From positions 1 through 64,000 of IMG/VR virus record IMGVR_UViG_2038011000_000015: a stretch of DNA of 64,000 bases, one strand, 5' to 3'. Both the position numbers and the translations under genes were made by a program. The notes under the pieces were generated by a model. The model saw nothing but the letters and a program-made list of their open reading frames with translations, had not been told where the DNA came from and did no database searches. Each line of letters begins with the position of its first letter. Position 1 is the first letter of the stretch. The DNA comes from a virus (lineage: Duplodnaviria; Caudoviricetes). This document shows positions 8,127 through 17,400 of this stretch, in pieces.

Positions 8127-9491
8127 ATGGCCTATAGCTCTCAGCGAGATCGAAATCCGAACGCGGCCCTAGAGTTCACGAAGGCACCGTGGCCGTTGCC
8201 ACCCTTGAACCTATTTCTGACCAGCGGGTACCAGCCGGGGGTCTTTGACCTACGGTGGGATGACCCGTCTACATTGGCTGGAAACAGCCAGTACGAGCTG
8301 TTGGGGGTGAACCTCTACAGGTCGTTTGATTCGGAGTACGGCCCCTATCATCGCGTGACCGAGACGCTTGTGGGGAGCAGCTTCTGGCGTGACCGTACGG
8401 ACAACGAGCTGGTGGTTGATGAGGATGTGACGGATCGGTTTGTTGTGCGTGGGGAGCAAGAGTCGGCGGCCGGATCTGCCGCGCCACGGTGGGTGTTTCA
8501 GACGCTACATCACCCAATCGTGCGAGAGGGCTCTCAAGCGGTTGTCACCGACTCTCCGGTGGACGTTTGGGTCAAGATTGACGGCGTTGCGGTGCGGCCG
8601 TTGGCTGTGCGCGGGCACACCGGTGAGGTGGAGATTGATCCGTTTGTGTACGCGGATGTTGCGACCCAGAAGTATGCACCTTCGCTCGTTCCTGGCCCGA
8701 ACAGTAGCGTGACATGCACCTATCGGTGGAATCGATCGCTTCTTCGTACGGACATGGGGCAGAGAGTCTTTTACCGCGCGACCGCTGTCGGTGTCCGCGT
8801 GGGCTGTGACTTGAGCCAAGTGCAGCAGCAGGATTTGGTCGAGACGCCATTGGAGCATGCTGCAGCAACCAATTCGCTGGAGATCGAGAAGCTTGATTAC
8901 ATCTGGCGTGAGGCTGTACGCCGAAACCGATTCATCCTCGAGCAAGGGGGGGAGCGGGTAAAGATTTTCCTCCGCAAGCATGTGGGGGTTCCCTGTACGT
9001 GTGGCACCGGCAACTATCACAAGCAGGCGATCAACGACTGTTTGAAGTGTTTTGGGACCTCGTTCGTTGCCGGCTACGAGGGGCCTTATGACGCGTTGGT
9101 CGCTCCCGATGATGCTGAGCGGCGCATTTCGCAGAAGGAGACTGGCCGCACGCTCGAGCACACGTACGAAGTGTGGACCGGTCCGATGCCAATTCTTTCC
9201 CAAAGAGACTTCCTCGTGAAGTTGAACGGCGAGCGGTACTCGATCGGTGCAGTCCGGTTTCCATCGAATCGAGGGATGGTGCTTCAGCAGCATTTCAACA
9301 TTGGCCATCTCGATGAACAGGACATTCGGTACAAGGTGCCGGTTGGCAACCCTGTTCGTTATGCGGCGGTGCAGTTTGCGCCGAGCGGTCCGGAGCGTGA
9401 GGCGGATACGAGCATTACGGATAAGCCCAACATCCCTGATGAGCGGGAGCTGCGAGGTCGGAGCAAAGCTTGGGGGAACACGACCTACTGA
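8127..9491 (+). CDS. Putative head-closure/neck protein with an FN3-like N-domain and a Cys4 motif
   Basis: PPLNL..LRWDDP..GVNLYRS FN3-like pattern; CTC..CLKCFGT; C-terminal RDFLVKLNGERYSI; ATG at 8127 follows a purine-rich SD. Confidence 0.55.
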   Translation: MAYSSQRDRNPNAALEFTKAPWPLPPLNLFLTSGYQPGVFDLRWDDPSTLAGNSQYELLGVNLYRSFDSEYGPYHRVTETLVGSSFWRDRTDNELVVDEDVTDRFVVRGEQESAAGSAAPRWVFQTLHHPIVREGSQAVVTDSPVDVWVKIDGVAVRPLAVRGHTGEVEIDPFVYADVATQKYAPSLVPGPNSSVTCTYRWNRSLLRTDMGQRVFYRATAVGVRVGCDLSQVQQQDLVETPLEHAAATNSLEIEKLDYIWREAVRRNRFILEQGGERVKIFLRKHVGVPCTCGTGNYHKQAINDCLKCFGTSFVAGYEGPYDALVAPDDAERRISQKETGRTLEHTYEVWTGPMPILSQRDFLVKLNGERYSIGAVRFPSNRGMVLQQHFNIGHLDEQDIRYKVPVGNPVRYAAVQFAPSGPEREADTSITDKPNIPDERELRGRSKAWGNTTY

Positions 9492-10039
9492 TGGCCAAGC
9501 CAGCGATTGTGATGCGGATGCAACTGCCTCCGCTGATGCCTGATAAGCTACGCACCGAGAAGGAGCTTGCGGTTGCGTTGCGACTTGCCCGCCGTGATCT
9601 AATGCGGCGGCTGAAGCGCAAGCTGAGTCAGACGGGGTTTTCAGCGCGAGCCAAGGCCGCATTTCAACGGGCGATCAAGATCGAGGCTAAACCTGCATCG
9701 CTTGCTGTGACCGTGAATCATCCTGCGTTTATTCCGTTGGTGCGCGGTCGGAAGAGAAGGCAGATGCGGTGGTTGAAAAAAGCGTCACGCCCGATTCCGA
9801 TCATCACCGAGACAGGAAAGCTCATTTTTCGCAACGCTCATGCCGGTTCGCTGACCTGGACGCGCGGCCCGATGACGGGACCCAATGTAGGAAAGGGAAA
9901 AGGATGGGTGCATCCGGGTGGGTCTCCGCAGGACTTTGTGGAGCAAGCCAAAGCCGAGGCTCGGGTGTTTCTCAAGCAGAAGCTGAAGAAAGACTTGGCA
10001 AACGAGGTGCGAAAGGCATTTGCCAAGCGGCGGAAATGA
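9491..10039 (+). CDS. Lys/Arg-rich virion morphogenesis protein (neck/tail-completion-like)
   Basis: TGATG coupling; highly basic; C-terminus WVHPG..PQDFVEQA is reminiscent of HK97 gp10-like proteins. Confidence 0.55.
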   Translation: MAKPAIVMRMQLPPLMPDKLRTEKELAVALRLARRDLMRRLKRKLSQTGFSARAKAAFQRAIKIEAKPASLAVTVNHPAFIPLVRGRKRRQMRWLKKASRPIPIITETGKLIFRNAHAGSLTWTRGPMTGPNVGKGKGWVHPGGSPQDFVEQAKAEARVFLKQKLKKDLANEVRKAFAKRRK

Positions 10040-10073
10040 CATGGTTTCCTTATGGAAAACCCTGAGGAAATAT

Positions 10074-10670
10074 ATGAGACGATCGAAAGGGGATATACGA
10101 GTGATAGGGATGGTAGCGGGGACTCATGTGATCGAGGATCTCCAAACAGATGTTCCCTACCGCACCCTAGTGATCATTCCAGAGGATCAGGCGTTGATGT
10201 CTAAGGACCTGTGGCGCGGCATCTCGCAGGGTTGTTTGTTGCAGTTGACCTCTGCACCGTATCCGGCCGTGCCGGCGGCCCCTGGTCCTGACCCGGAAAG
10301 AGCCCGATTGGAGAAGTATTGCGCGGAGCTTGAAGGGCACTTAGTCCGCTTGCAGAATGAGAATGAAACTCTCAAACGACAACTTGAATCAGGTACCGGT
10401 GCACAAGCGGCAAAGCTAGACGAGATTCTTCGTGCGATTACACAAATTCACGCGGTGCCAGTGGTCCCGGGTGCGGAAGTGGTGGAGGCGAGGGTTTTGA
10501 CACCTGAGGCGGCGGTAGATGGCTCGGCTCCGACATTCCTGCCCTCGGAGATTGTGCCGAAGGACCTTGATGTCCGGATCAACGTGCAAGGGGAGTCGTC
10601 CACCTCGGAATCTGTGTCCGATGCGGCGGAGCGTTTGCGGCGGATGCGGAAGAATGGCAACGGCGGGTGA
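10074..10670 (+). CDS. Coiled-coil protein with an amphipathic basic C-terminal helix
   Basis: SD GAGGA before ATG at 10074; central heptads; ends SVSDAAERLRRMRK. Confidence 0.7.
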   Translation: MRRSKGDIRVIGMVAGTHVIEDLQTDVPYRTLVIIPEDQALMSKDLWRGISQGCLLQLTSAPYPAVPAAPGPDPERARLEKYCAELEGHLVRLQNENETLKRQLESGTGAQAAKLDEILRAITQIHAVPVVPGAEVVEARVLTPEAAVDGSAPTFLPSEIVPKDLDVRINVQGESSTSESVSDAAERLRRMRKNGNGG

Positions 10671-10711
10671 ATAAAGCTTTCTTACCTTGCCATCGGCAGG
10701 AGAGCCTTCGA

Positions 10712-11062
10712 ATGCATCCACGTCAAGCAACCCTAGCCACCGAGGTTCGAGATATCATGAGACGTATGTCCTCTGCGCAAGACGATAGTCAGCCTGATGA
10801 TGATGGACAGGAGAAGACCGCCGCGGCCATAGACCTTGTGAGCTATGTTGATCGGTACGTTTCTGCTGGGGGGCAGCCGATTCTATGGCAGTACCAGGAT
10901 CCCGTTGGCAACTTGTTCTGGCTTGACAGTAGAATCACGACCGCGATTCGATCGCCATACGGTGGGCCACAATTCACCCCGAAGCCGAGGAAGGTTATTC
11001 CGTCGCAGATCGGCAGGAACATCGAGAATCTGATCGATGATGAGTCGGACGTTTGGATCTGA
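10712..11062 (+). CDS. Hypothetical protein
   Basis: SD AGGAG before ATG at 10712; fills the gap. Confidence 0.7.
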   Translation: MHPRQATLATEVRDIMRRMSSAQDDSQPDDDGQEKTAAAIDLVSYVDRYVSAGGQPILWQYQDPVGNLFWLDSRITTAIRSPYGGPQFTPKPRKVIPSQIGRNIENLIDDESDVWI

Positions 11063-11068
11063 TGCACG

Positions 11069-11689
11069 ATGGCACGCGATTCTATACATGCTCTGTGGGT
11101 GGATCCGCTGGCGTTCGAGCCTGATGAGAATGGGCCACCGTACTTGCCTGAGAAGCCCCGTGTGAAGGTGGCGAGCGGCGCGGATTCGGTGCTCACTGTG
11201 GTTGTCGATGGCTTGCCAGCGGGACCCGCAGTGGAGCTTGCTGCGCTTGTCGCGATACTACGCGCTGGGGCGCTCGTCCATCAGAGTCACCACTGGCAGA
11301 CCAATGGGCCCAGCTACTACGGGGATCACTTGCTCTTTGAGCGCGTCTACAATGAATCGGTTGGGTTCATCGATCAAGTGGCAGAGCGTGCGGTGGGGCT
11401 GGGTGCCGAGGCATTTGTGGGGCCCACACTACAAGCGCGTTTGATTCCGGTGATAACCCGCATGTGGTGCAGTGACGGTGGTGATCCGAGCGAGTTTGTG
11501 TCTCTGAGCTTGAGCGTTGAGCGGTGTATTGTGGATTGTATTGAAACCGCTCGGGCTATATTGCGCGATCGTAGTGAGCTTAGCTCTGGGACTGACAACT
11601 TGCTCCAGGGCGTAGCGGATAAGCACGAAGAGTTTATCTACCTGCTACAGCAACGAACGCACACTGACTACAGCTACGATAGTCGCTAG
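11069..11689 (+). CDS. Dps/ferritin-like protein (phage DUF5856-like)
   Basis: Dps signatures HHWQTNG..YGDHLLFERVY..IDQVAER and final helix DKHEEFIYLL. Confidence 0.85.
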   Translation: MARDSIHALWVDPLAFEPDENGPPYLPEKPRVKVASGADSVLTVVVDGLPAGPAVELAALVAILRAGALVHQSHHWQTNGPSYYGDHLLFERVYNESVGFIDQVAERAVGLGAEAFVGPTLQARLIPVITRMWCSDGGDPSEFVSLSLSVERCIVDCIETARAILRDRSELSSGTDNLLQGVADKHEEFIYLLQQRTHTDYSYDSR

Positions 11690-11722
11690 CAGGCTAGGCA
11701 CAAGCCTCAGATGGAGATTCCG

Positions 11723-12736
11723 ATGACATCAAAGTACAAACCTGCCTGCGGCTTGGACCTCGGGACCATGAACGTCGTTTCTGCGCGACAGATGGCGGAT
11801 GGTGACAACCTTGAGTTGAAGCGCATTCGTGACGCATTTCTTGATCTGGATCCTGAAGCCAAGAAGACCCTGAGGCTCTCGAAGGTTGACTATGTGGAGC
11901 GCAACGGGTCTTTGGTTGTGCTGGGGGACTCCGCGCTCACCATGGCGAATCTCTTCAATCGCGAGGTGCGACGCCCTTTGAGTCGCGGGGTTATTTCGGC
12001 GGGGGAGCTGGATGCCCAGCAGATCTTGAGCCTTCTCATCTCCAATGTACTCGGGGAACCGATCGTGCCCAAGGAACACTGCTACTACAGTGTTCCTGCG
12101 GCGCCCGTGGATGATGTTGCACAGGACATCGTGTACCACCAAGAGGTGTTCCGAAAAATCCTGACGGAGCTTGGATACACCGCACACCCCATGAATGAAG
12201 CCATGGCTATCATATACTCACAGTGCGCAGCTGAGAATTTCAGCGGGCTCACGATCAGCTTTGGTTCGGGGATGGCGAATGTTGCTCTGGCGTATCAAAC
12301 CATCAAGGGAATGGAACTCGCGCTCAGTCGGGGCGGTGATTGGGTTGATGTGCATGCCGCTAAGGCTGTTGGCTCGACGGCGGCTCGCATGTGCACCATC
12401 AAGGAACGTGGGGTGGACCTAGCGAGCCCAAAGACGCGTGAGGAAGAAGCGATAGCGCTCTACATTCGTGCGTTGGTCAAGTATGTTCTTGACAACATCG
12501 CGGTGCAGTTCAGAAAGAACCAAGCGAGCATCAATCTTCCTGAGGCGGTTCCCTTCGTAGTCAGCGGCGGCACAACGCGCGCTGGAGGCTTTATGCAGCT
12601 CTTCACTGAAGAGTTCGAGGCAGTCAAGCGGCGCGGCTTTCCGATCGAGATCAGTGAGGTTCGTGCGGCCAAGGATCCGATGACAGCAGTCGCTGAGGGG
12701 CTGTTGGTGCTCGCCACAGAAGAGCAAGCGTCGTAA
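11723..12736 (+). CDS. Actin-superfamily ATPase, volactin-like
   Basis: Phosphate-1 GLDLGTMN, connect-1 NEAMA, phosphate-2 ISFGSGM, RGGDWVD, adenosine VSGGTT, connect-2 AVAEG; SD GGAG favours ATG at 11723. Confidence 0.9.
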   Translation: MTSKYKPACGLDLGTMNVVSARQMADGDNLELKRIRDAFLDLDPEAKKTLRLSKVDYVERNGSLVVLGDSALTMANLFNREVRRPLSRGVISAGELDAQQILSLLISNVLGEPIVPKEHCYYSVPAAPVDDVAQDIVYHQEVFRKILTELGYTAHPMNEAMAIIYSQCAAENFSGLTISFGSGMANVALAYQTIKGMELALSRGGDWVDVHAAKAVGSTAARMCTIKERGVDLASPKTREEEAIALYIRALVKYVLDNIAVQFRKNQASINLPEAVPFVVSGGTTRAGGFMQLFTEEFEAVKRRGFPIEISEVRAAKDPMTAVAEGLLVLATEEQAS

Positions 12737-12749
12737 GCCGGAGGTCGGT

Positions 12750-13931
12750 ATTTACTACAATCTTTTGAACTCGATGAAGCGCCGGCTCATTCTTGAGTTA
12801 CGGGATTCGTTTGCCGCGCATCCGGTCTATAACAAGATTGTTGATCAGATTCAGCCCAAGTACAGCTTTGCAGAGCGCCCTCAGATGGGCATCGTTGTCA
12901 AGGGTGCTTCAGCCAACAAGGTCGTGATGGCTGCCGACCAGTTTCTGGGCACTCTACATAGCTATGTCATGCTGGCCTATGTAGGGGCTCCCACGTTTCC
13001 AATCGAGTGGGTTGTCGAGGATGCGGCCGCTTTGGATGCGCGTGGCGGTCAGATGCCGCTGCCACCTGGCATCTACTACATTCGCATTGTAGACGCGCCC
13101 GCAGACAGCCAGTCCTTCGGGCACTTCATGGTTGAGCCGTTGCTCACCGTCAATGATGAGCCGGTGATGCGCTTTACCTCGGGAGTGGAGACCATGGGAC
13201 AGCTTCAGCAGTTGCCCATTCCAGGGACACTGCGGCTCTGGCAGAACCGAAACTACAGGCTGATTGAGGGAAAGCACTACACGGTCAGTTACGCTACGGG
13301 TGAGATTGCTTTCGTGGAGTCGTTCACGCCGGGCTCAATTGTGACCGCAGATTACCGCTATCGGGTGGAGTCCATTGGTCCTGTGCCCTGGCAGTGGAAC
13401 AGGGCTGATTACAAAACGCTGCCGGGGACGGTACTTGCGTTCGGCAAGCGTGGCAAAGCCGGGGATCTGGTTGCGGTCGTTGTCTATGGGGACCGGACCC
13501 CTACCGCGAAAGCGTATGGTGGGCGGTTTGATCTGTCGTTCGATCTGGACGTGATCGCGCGCGATCCGCAGCAGATGGAAGAACTGGCTGATCTCACTCT
13601 CATGTACCTATTGTACCAGAAGCGTGGTGTGCTTTCGTCGGAGGGAATCGAGGTGATGGATGTCTCGATTGGAGGCGAGACCGAAGAGGTCGCGGATGAG
13701 ACGGGTGACGAGTTCTTCTACAATGCCTCGATCAGTGTTCAGCTGCAGGCCCCGTGGGAGGTTCACGAGCCGTTGCCATTGACGATCTCCGTGGTTACTT
13801 CGGAGTCATCGTCTACTGAGTCCCTGCCGGGTAGCAGCAGTGCCATCATCGGCAACGTCTACCACAGTTTGGTTTTTTCAACCATGCCGACACTGATTCA
13901 GCGCAACAATGATTTCGAGACGATTCGTTGA
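12750..13931 (+). CDS. Putative tail terminator/tail completion protein (probable ATT start)
   Basis: C-domain FDLDVIARD..ELAD..NASISVQL typical of tail terminators; lies upstream of the sheath; GGAGG 5 nt before an in-frame ATT at 12750. Confidence 0.6.
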   Translation: MYYNLLNSMKRRLILELRDSFAAHPVYNKIVDQIQPKYSFAERPQMGIVVKGASANKVVMAADQFLGTLHSYVMLAYVGAPTFPIEWVVEDAAALDARGGQMPLPPGIYYIRIVDAPADSQSFGHFMVEPLLTVNDEPVMRFTSGVETMGQLQQLPIPGTLRLWQNRNYRLIEGKHYTVSYATGEIAFVESFTPGSIVTADYRYRVESIGPVPWQWNRADYKTLPGTVLAFGKRGKAGDLVAVVVYGDRTPTAKAYGGRFDLSFDLDVIARDPQQMEELADLTLMYLLYQKRGVLSSEGIEVMDVSIGGETEEVADETGDEFFYNASISVQLQAPWEVHEPLPLTISVVTSESSSTESLPGSSSAIIGNVYHSLVFSTMPTLIQRNNDFETIR

Positions 13932-13937
13932 GGTGCC

Positions 13938-14369
13938 GTGCCAAGCTACGCATTTGAGTGTTCGGACTGTGTGCTTAGGTTCGAGCGGAACCTGAGAGCC
14001 GGGGAGTATGCCTCGTATCCGTGCCCTGGTTGTGGGAAGGTAGCCCCGCTCGTGTTGTGTAACTTTGGGTTTTCTTTCGGTCAGGGCTCGGGCTCGTCAG
14101 CCAACACCGGGGTGCATGACCTTGACTATCCATCGGCCGACAAGGCAGTGGGGCGAAGTGCTCACGACCGCTGGGAATATCTACACGCGCGGGACGCCGT
14201 GAAGCGGAAGGCGCGAGAGCAGGGGCAGACTCATGCTCTCATACGACATACCGGCAGGGACTACGTCGATTACGAACCGATGTCTGATGCGGGCAGGGAG
14301 GCACGCAAGCAGCTCGCTAGAGATGCGATAAGCCGACTACGCCAACAGAGGGCTAAACGCGCTGAGTGA
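13938..14369 (+). CDS. FmdB-family zinc-ribbon protein
   Basis: MPSYAFECSDC..CPGCG; SD GAGG before GTG. Confidence 0.8.
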   Translation: MPSYAFECSDCVLRFERNLRAGEYASYPCPGCGKVAPLVLCNFGFSFGQGSGSSANTGVHDLDYPSADKAVGRSAHDRWEYLHARDAVKRKAREQGQTHALIRHTGRDYVDYEPMSDAGREARKQLARDAISRLRQQRAKRAE

Positions 14370-14395
14370 TAGTCCTTTTGTCGGCAACCGTTCCA

Positions 14396-14470
14396 TAGAT
14401 CCAGATCCACATCGGAATCGCTCTGTATCTTCTTATTCAGATCTAGATGTGAAGTCTTCGATCTAAGGAG
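14396..14470 (+). promoter_or_regulatory. Structured 5' leader of the sheath gene with hexamer repeats
   Basis: Nested pairings TAGATC/GATCTA, CACATC/GATGTG and TCTG/CAGA ending at SD AAGGAG. Confidence 0.55.
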
Positions 14471-14482
14471 CCCGTCAATACA

Positions 14483-17400
14483 ATGGCTATCGGTCCGTTC
14501 ATTTCATACGCTCCGCCTGGGGTTTACACCCGCACTCTCTCAGAGACCAATGCTTCCAACTTGGTTGCTGGTCTCCGAATCCCAGCGCTGATCGGTGTGG
14601 GGCAGGAAGAGCTGGAGCAAGCTGATGTTGAGATTGTTCGCGGGTCGTCGGCCACGGTTGATCAACAGATCGTCTTTGAGGATGTTTCTCAGAGCTGGGT
14701 TGTCGATAGTCGGAACGTAAACAACCTGCTGCTTGGGGCACAGGATGGGACGCTCACGACGTTTCGAGTGCGCAACTTCCCGATCGTGGACGGCCAGGGG
14801 TTTGGGCGCGTCACCAACGATGTTCGGGCTGTATCGGTAACGGTGAACGGGAGTCTTGTCTCGTTGGGCGCCGTCAATGGTCAGCGTGGGACCGTGACGC
14901 TTCAGATTCCGACGCAGCCGAACGATGTGGTGCGCTGCACCTATTACTTCCATCGCGGCGATACCGTGTTTACGGATGACCTCTCCGAGCAGGTTACGCA
15001 AGACAACGCCACTTTGGTCTCGCCGGGTATTGCCCCGTTTCGAATCACAACCGGCACCAACGACAAGTTGGTTTTGACGGCAAATGGGATCACCGCAACC
15101 ATTACGCTACCATCGGGTGATCTGAGTGCCGCTACGGTAGCGACGGCCGTCAATGCTGCTCAAGTGGCGAACCTCTCGGCTTCGGTGTTTACTGACAATC
15201 GTGGTGCTGAGCATGTGCAGCTGACCAATCCTGTCGGGATTGCGATCGGTTCAGGGGCAGCGAATGGGCCGCTTGGCTGGTCCACCGGGACAGCGACGGC
15301 TCGCAACCGGGCGTTCAGGGTGTTTCAGCGGCCGATTGTTGATGGTACCGGCGGGGGCACCACCACCACGGATACATCGAAGGTCATCGCGAAGGTTGAT
15401 GGAAAGCAGGTTATTGTCGAGCGGGTTGACGGCGCCAATGGGGTTGTGACGCTGCCTTCTGCGCCTGCGCCGGGTTCCACTGTGACCATTCAGTACTGGG
15501 CCAACACGTGGCAGGACACGTTTGACTATTTGCCGAACAGCATGGTGACCACGGTGCTGCGTAGCGGCATCAGCCCAGGTCGGAACGATTTTATCCAGGG
15601 GACTGATTTCGTGATCAGCAACCCCTCGCCGGACGTGAGCGTCATCAACTGGGGCTCAAGTTTCCAAGTGATTGCGTCGAGCACCACACCGGGGGCAACA
15701 CCGTTTGACGGGCCATCAGGTTCGGGCGGGCAGATTGTGGGCACGCTGATCGATGATCAGTTGTACTTGGCTCCGTGTTCGCGGGTCACCAACACGTCAA
15801 CGATTCCAGCGGTGATTTCTCCGACAGACTTTCTGCTGCCGGAGATCCCGACTACGGGCAACGGTCGCAGTACCATCTTGGGTGCGAGTGCGTTTAGCTC
15901 GGTTGCGAACAGCCGTCAGGACCTTGCAACGAATCGGCCTGATCTCATTACCGTCTATACCGGCCGCAGTCTTCGGGATGCTCTGAATCGGCCTCCGGTG
16001 GACGTGGTTGAGGTGGATGGCTTGAACCGTCGCATCCGGTTGAGAACGCCGCAGCCACCTGACTACAACGCGTACGCGACTTTTTACTACAGCCGCCTTG
16101 CGGATGACACGTACCTCTTCACCAACGTTGTGCCGGGCGCGGTCGGGGTTGGCCAATATACGGTGTTTTCAGCGACGCAGGATCGGAACCTCTACGATGT
16201 TCGGTTCGCGAGCAAGTCGGGTCTGGCGCAGATAGTTCAATGGCCTCGAGGTGTGGAGCAGGTCCCAGATGCGTTCCACTCGGGTGAGGGCACACCGGTA
16301 TCGGAGTTCGTGACGGTTACCTTCGGTACGAGTCCGGCGTTGAACGCGGCGTACACGAACCGTGGTGCTGGCCCCTACTCGTTCTACAGCCCATTTTCGG
16401 CGACGTGGATCACGAAGGTCAACGGTACCAACGTAACCACCAACTTGGATGAACCCTCGGAAGCCTGGATGGTTGGCGGGCGTGTGAAGGGGGGAACCTT
16501 TGATATCACTAATGCCAACAATGCTCTGAATCTCTCTGTTGACGGCACCGTGTATGCGGTCACGCTGACAACGGGAGAGACGCAGACTGCAGAAGACATT
16601 GTTGATGATATCAATGCCGTCTTGGGCGCGAATGGCACGGCCAGCTACAAGCAAATTGACGGTGGTGATATTTTCTTCATCATCAAAGGCGCGAAGGTGC
16701 CTGGCGCACTACCTGCCGGATTGGATGATGTTGCGAACGTAACCATCCTTCAGAGCAGCGCGACGAGTTTGCTGGGTTTCCGCGCATTTGCTTCTGCGGA
16801 CGGTACAACGGGGGCGATTAACAAGCCGGCTACCATGGTAGGTGCCGAGGCGGGACCGTTCAATGGTGTCGTGGAGGGGCTGAATGACGAGTTCAACTTC
16901 CGAGTCAACGGTGTCGATTACAGCGTGACGTTGACTCCTGGCGATGTTGTGGATTCGGCGACGGTTGTCGCGGACATCAACACCACGGTGGGTCAGACGA
17001 TTGCGTCGGTAGGCACGGGTGCCAATCTGAACAAGATCCGGCTTACCAGCCCGACCAATGACGCGGGTTCATTCATCCTGATCAATCCAGGCTCCGCGAA
17101 TGACCTGTTGGGCTTCCCCCGCAACGCGTCGGCTAGCCAAACCTTGGTTGACGCCCAAGAAGTGGTTGATCGGCTGATGAGCACGCCTGGATATCTAGCG
17201 GGTGCTGTTGCGTACGTGGAAGAGATTGGCGGGAACGATTATATCGCGTTCGAGTCTCTCACCACTGGTGTCGCTACTTCGAGCATTGGGTTTGCGAACT
17301 CGTCTGCGTTCAATCCGACGACTGGCGTTGGAATCGTGCCGGGCAGTGATGGTGACGTCGGGGAAGCGGCTCAGGATAACTTTACGGTGACGTCGTCCAA

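Noticed and set aside
11723-12736. ParMRC plasmid-type partition cassette
   Set aside because: No centromere-like repeat array or ribbon-helix-helix adaptor is adjacent, and the motif pattern differs from ParM.
14396-14465. CRISPR array or iteron origin from the hexamer repeats
   Set aside because: Units are 6 nt, degenerate and lack spacers; no cas or rep gene is nearby.
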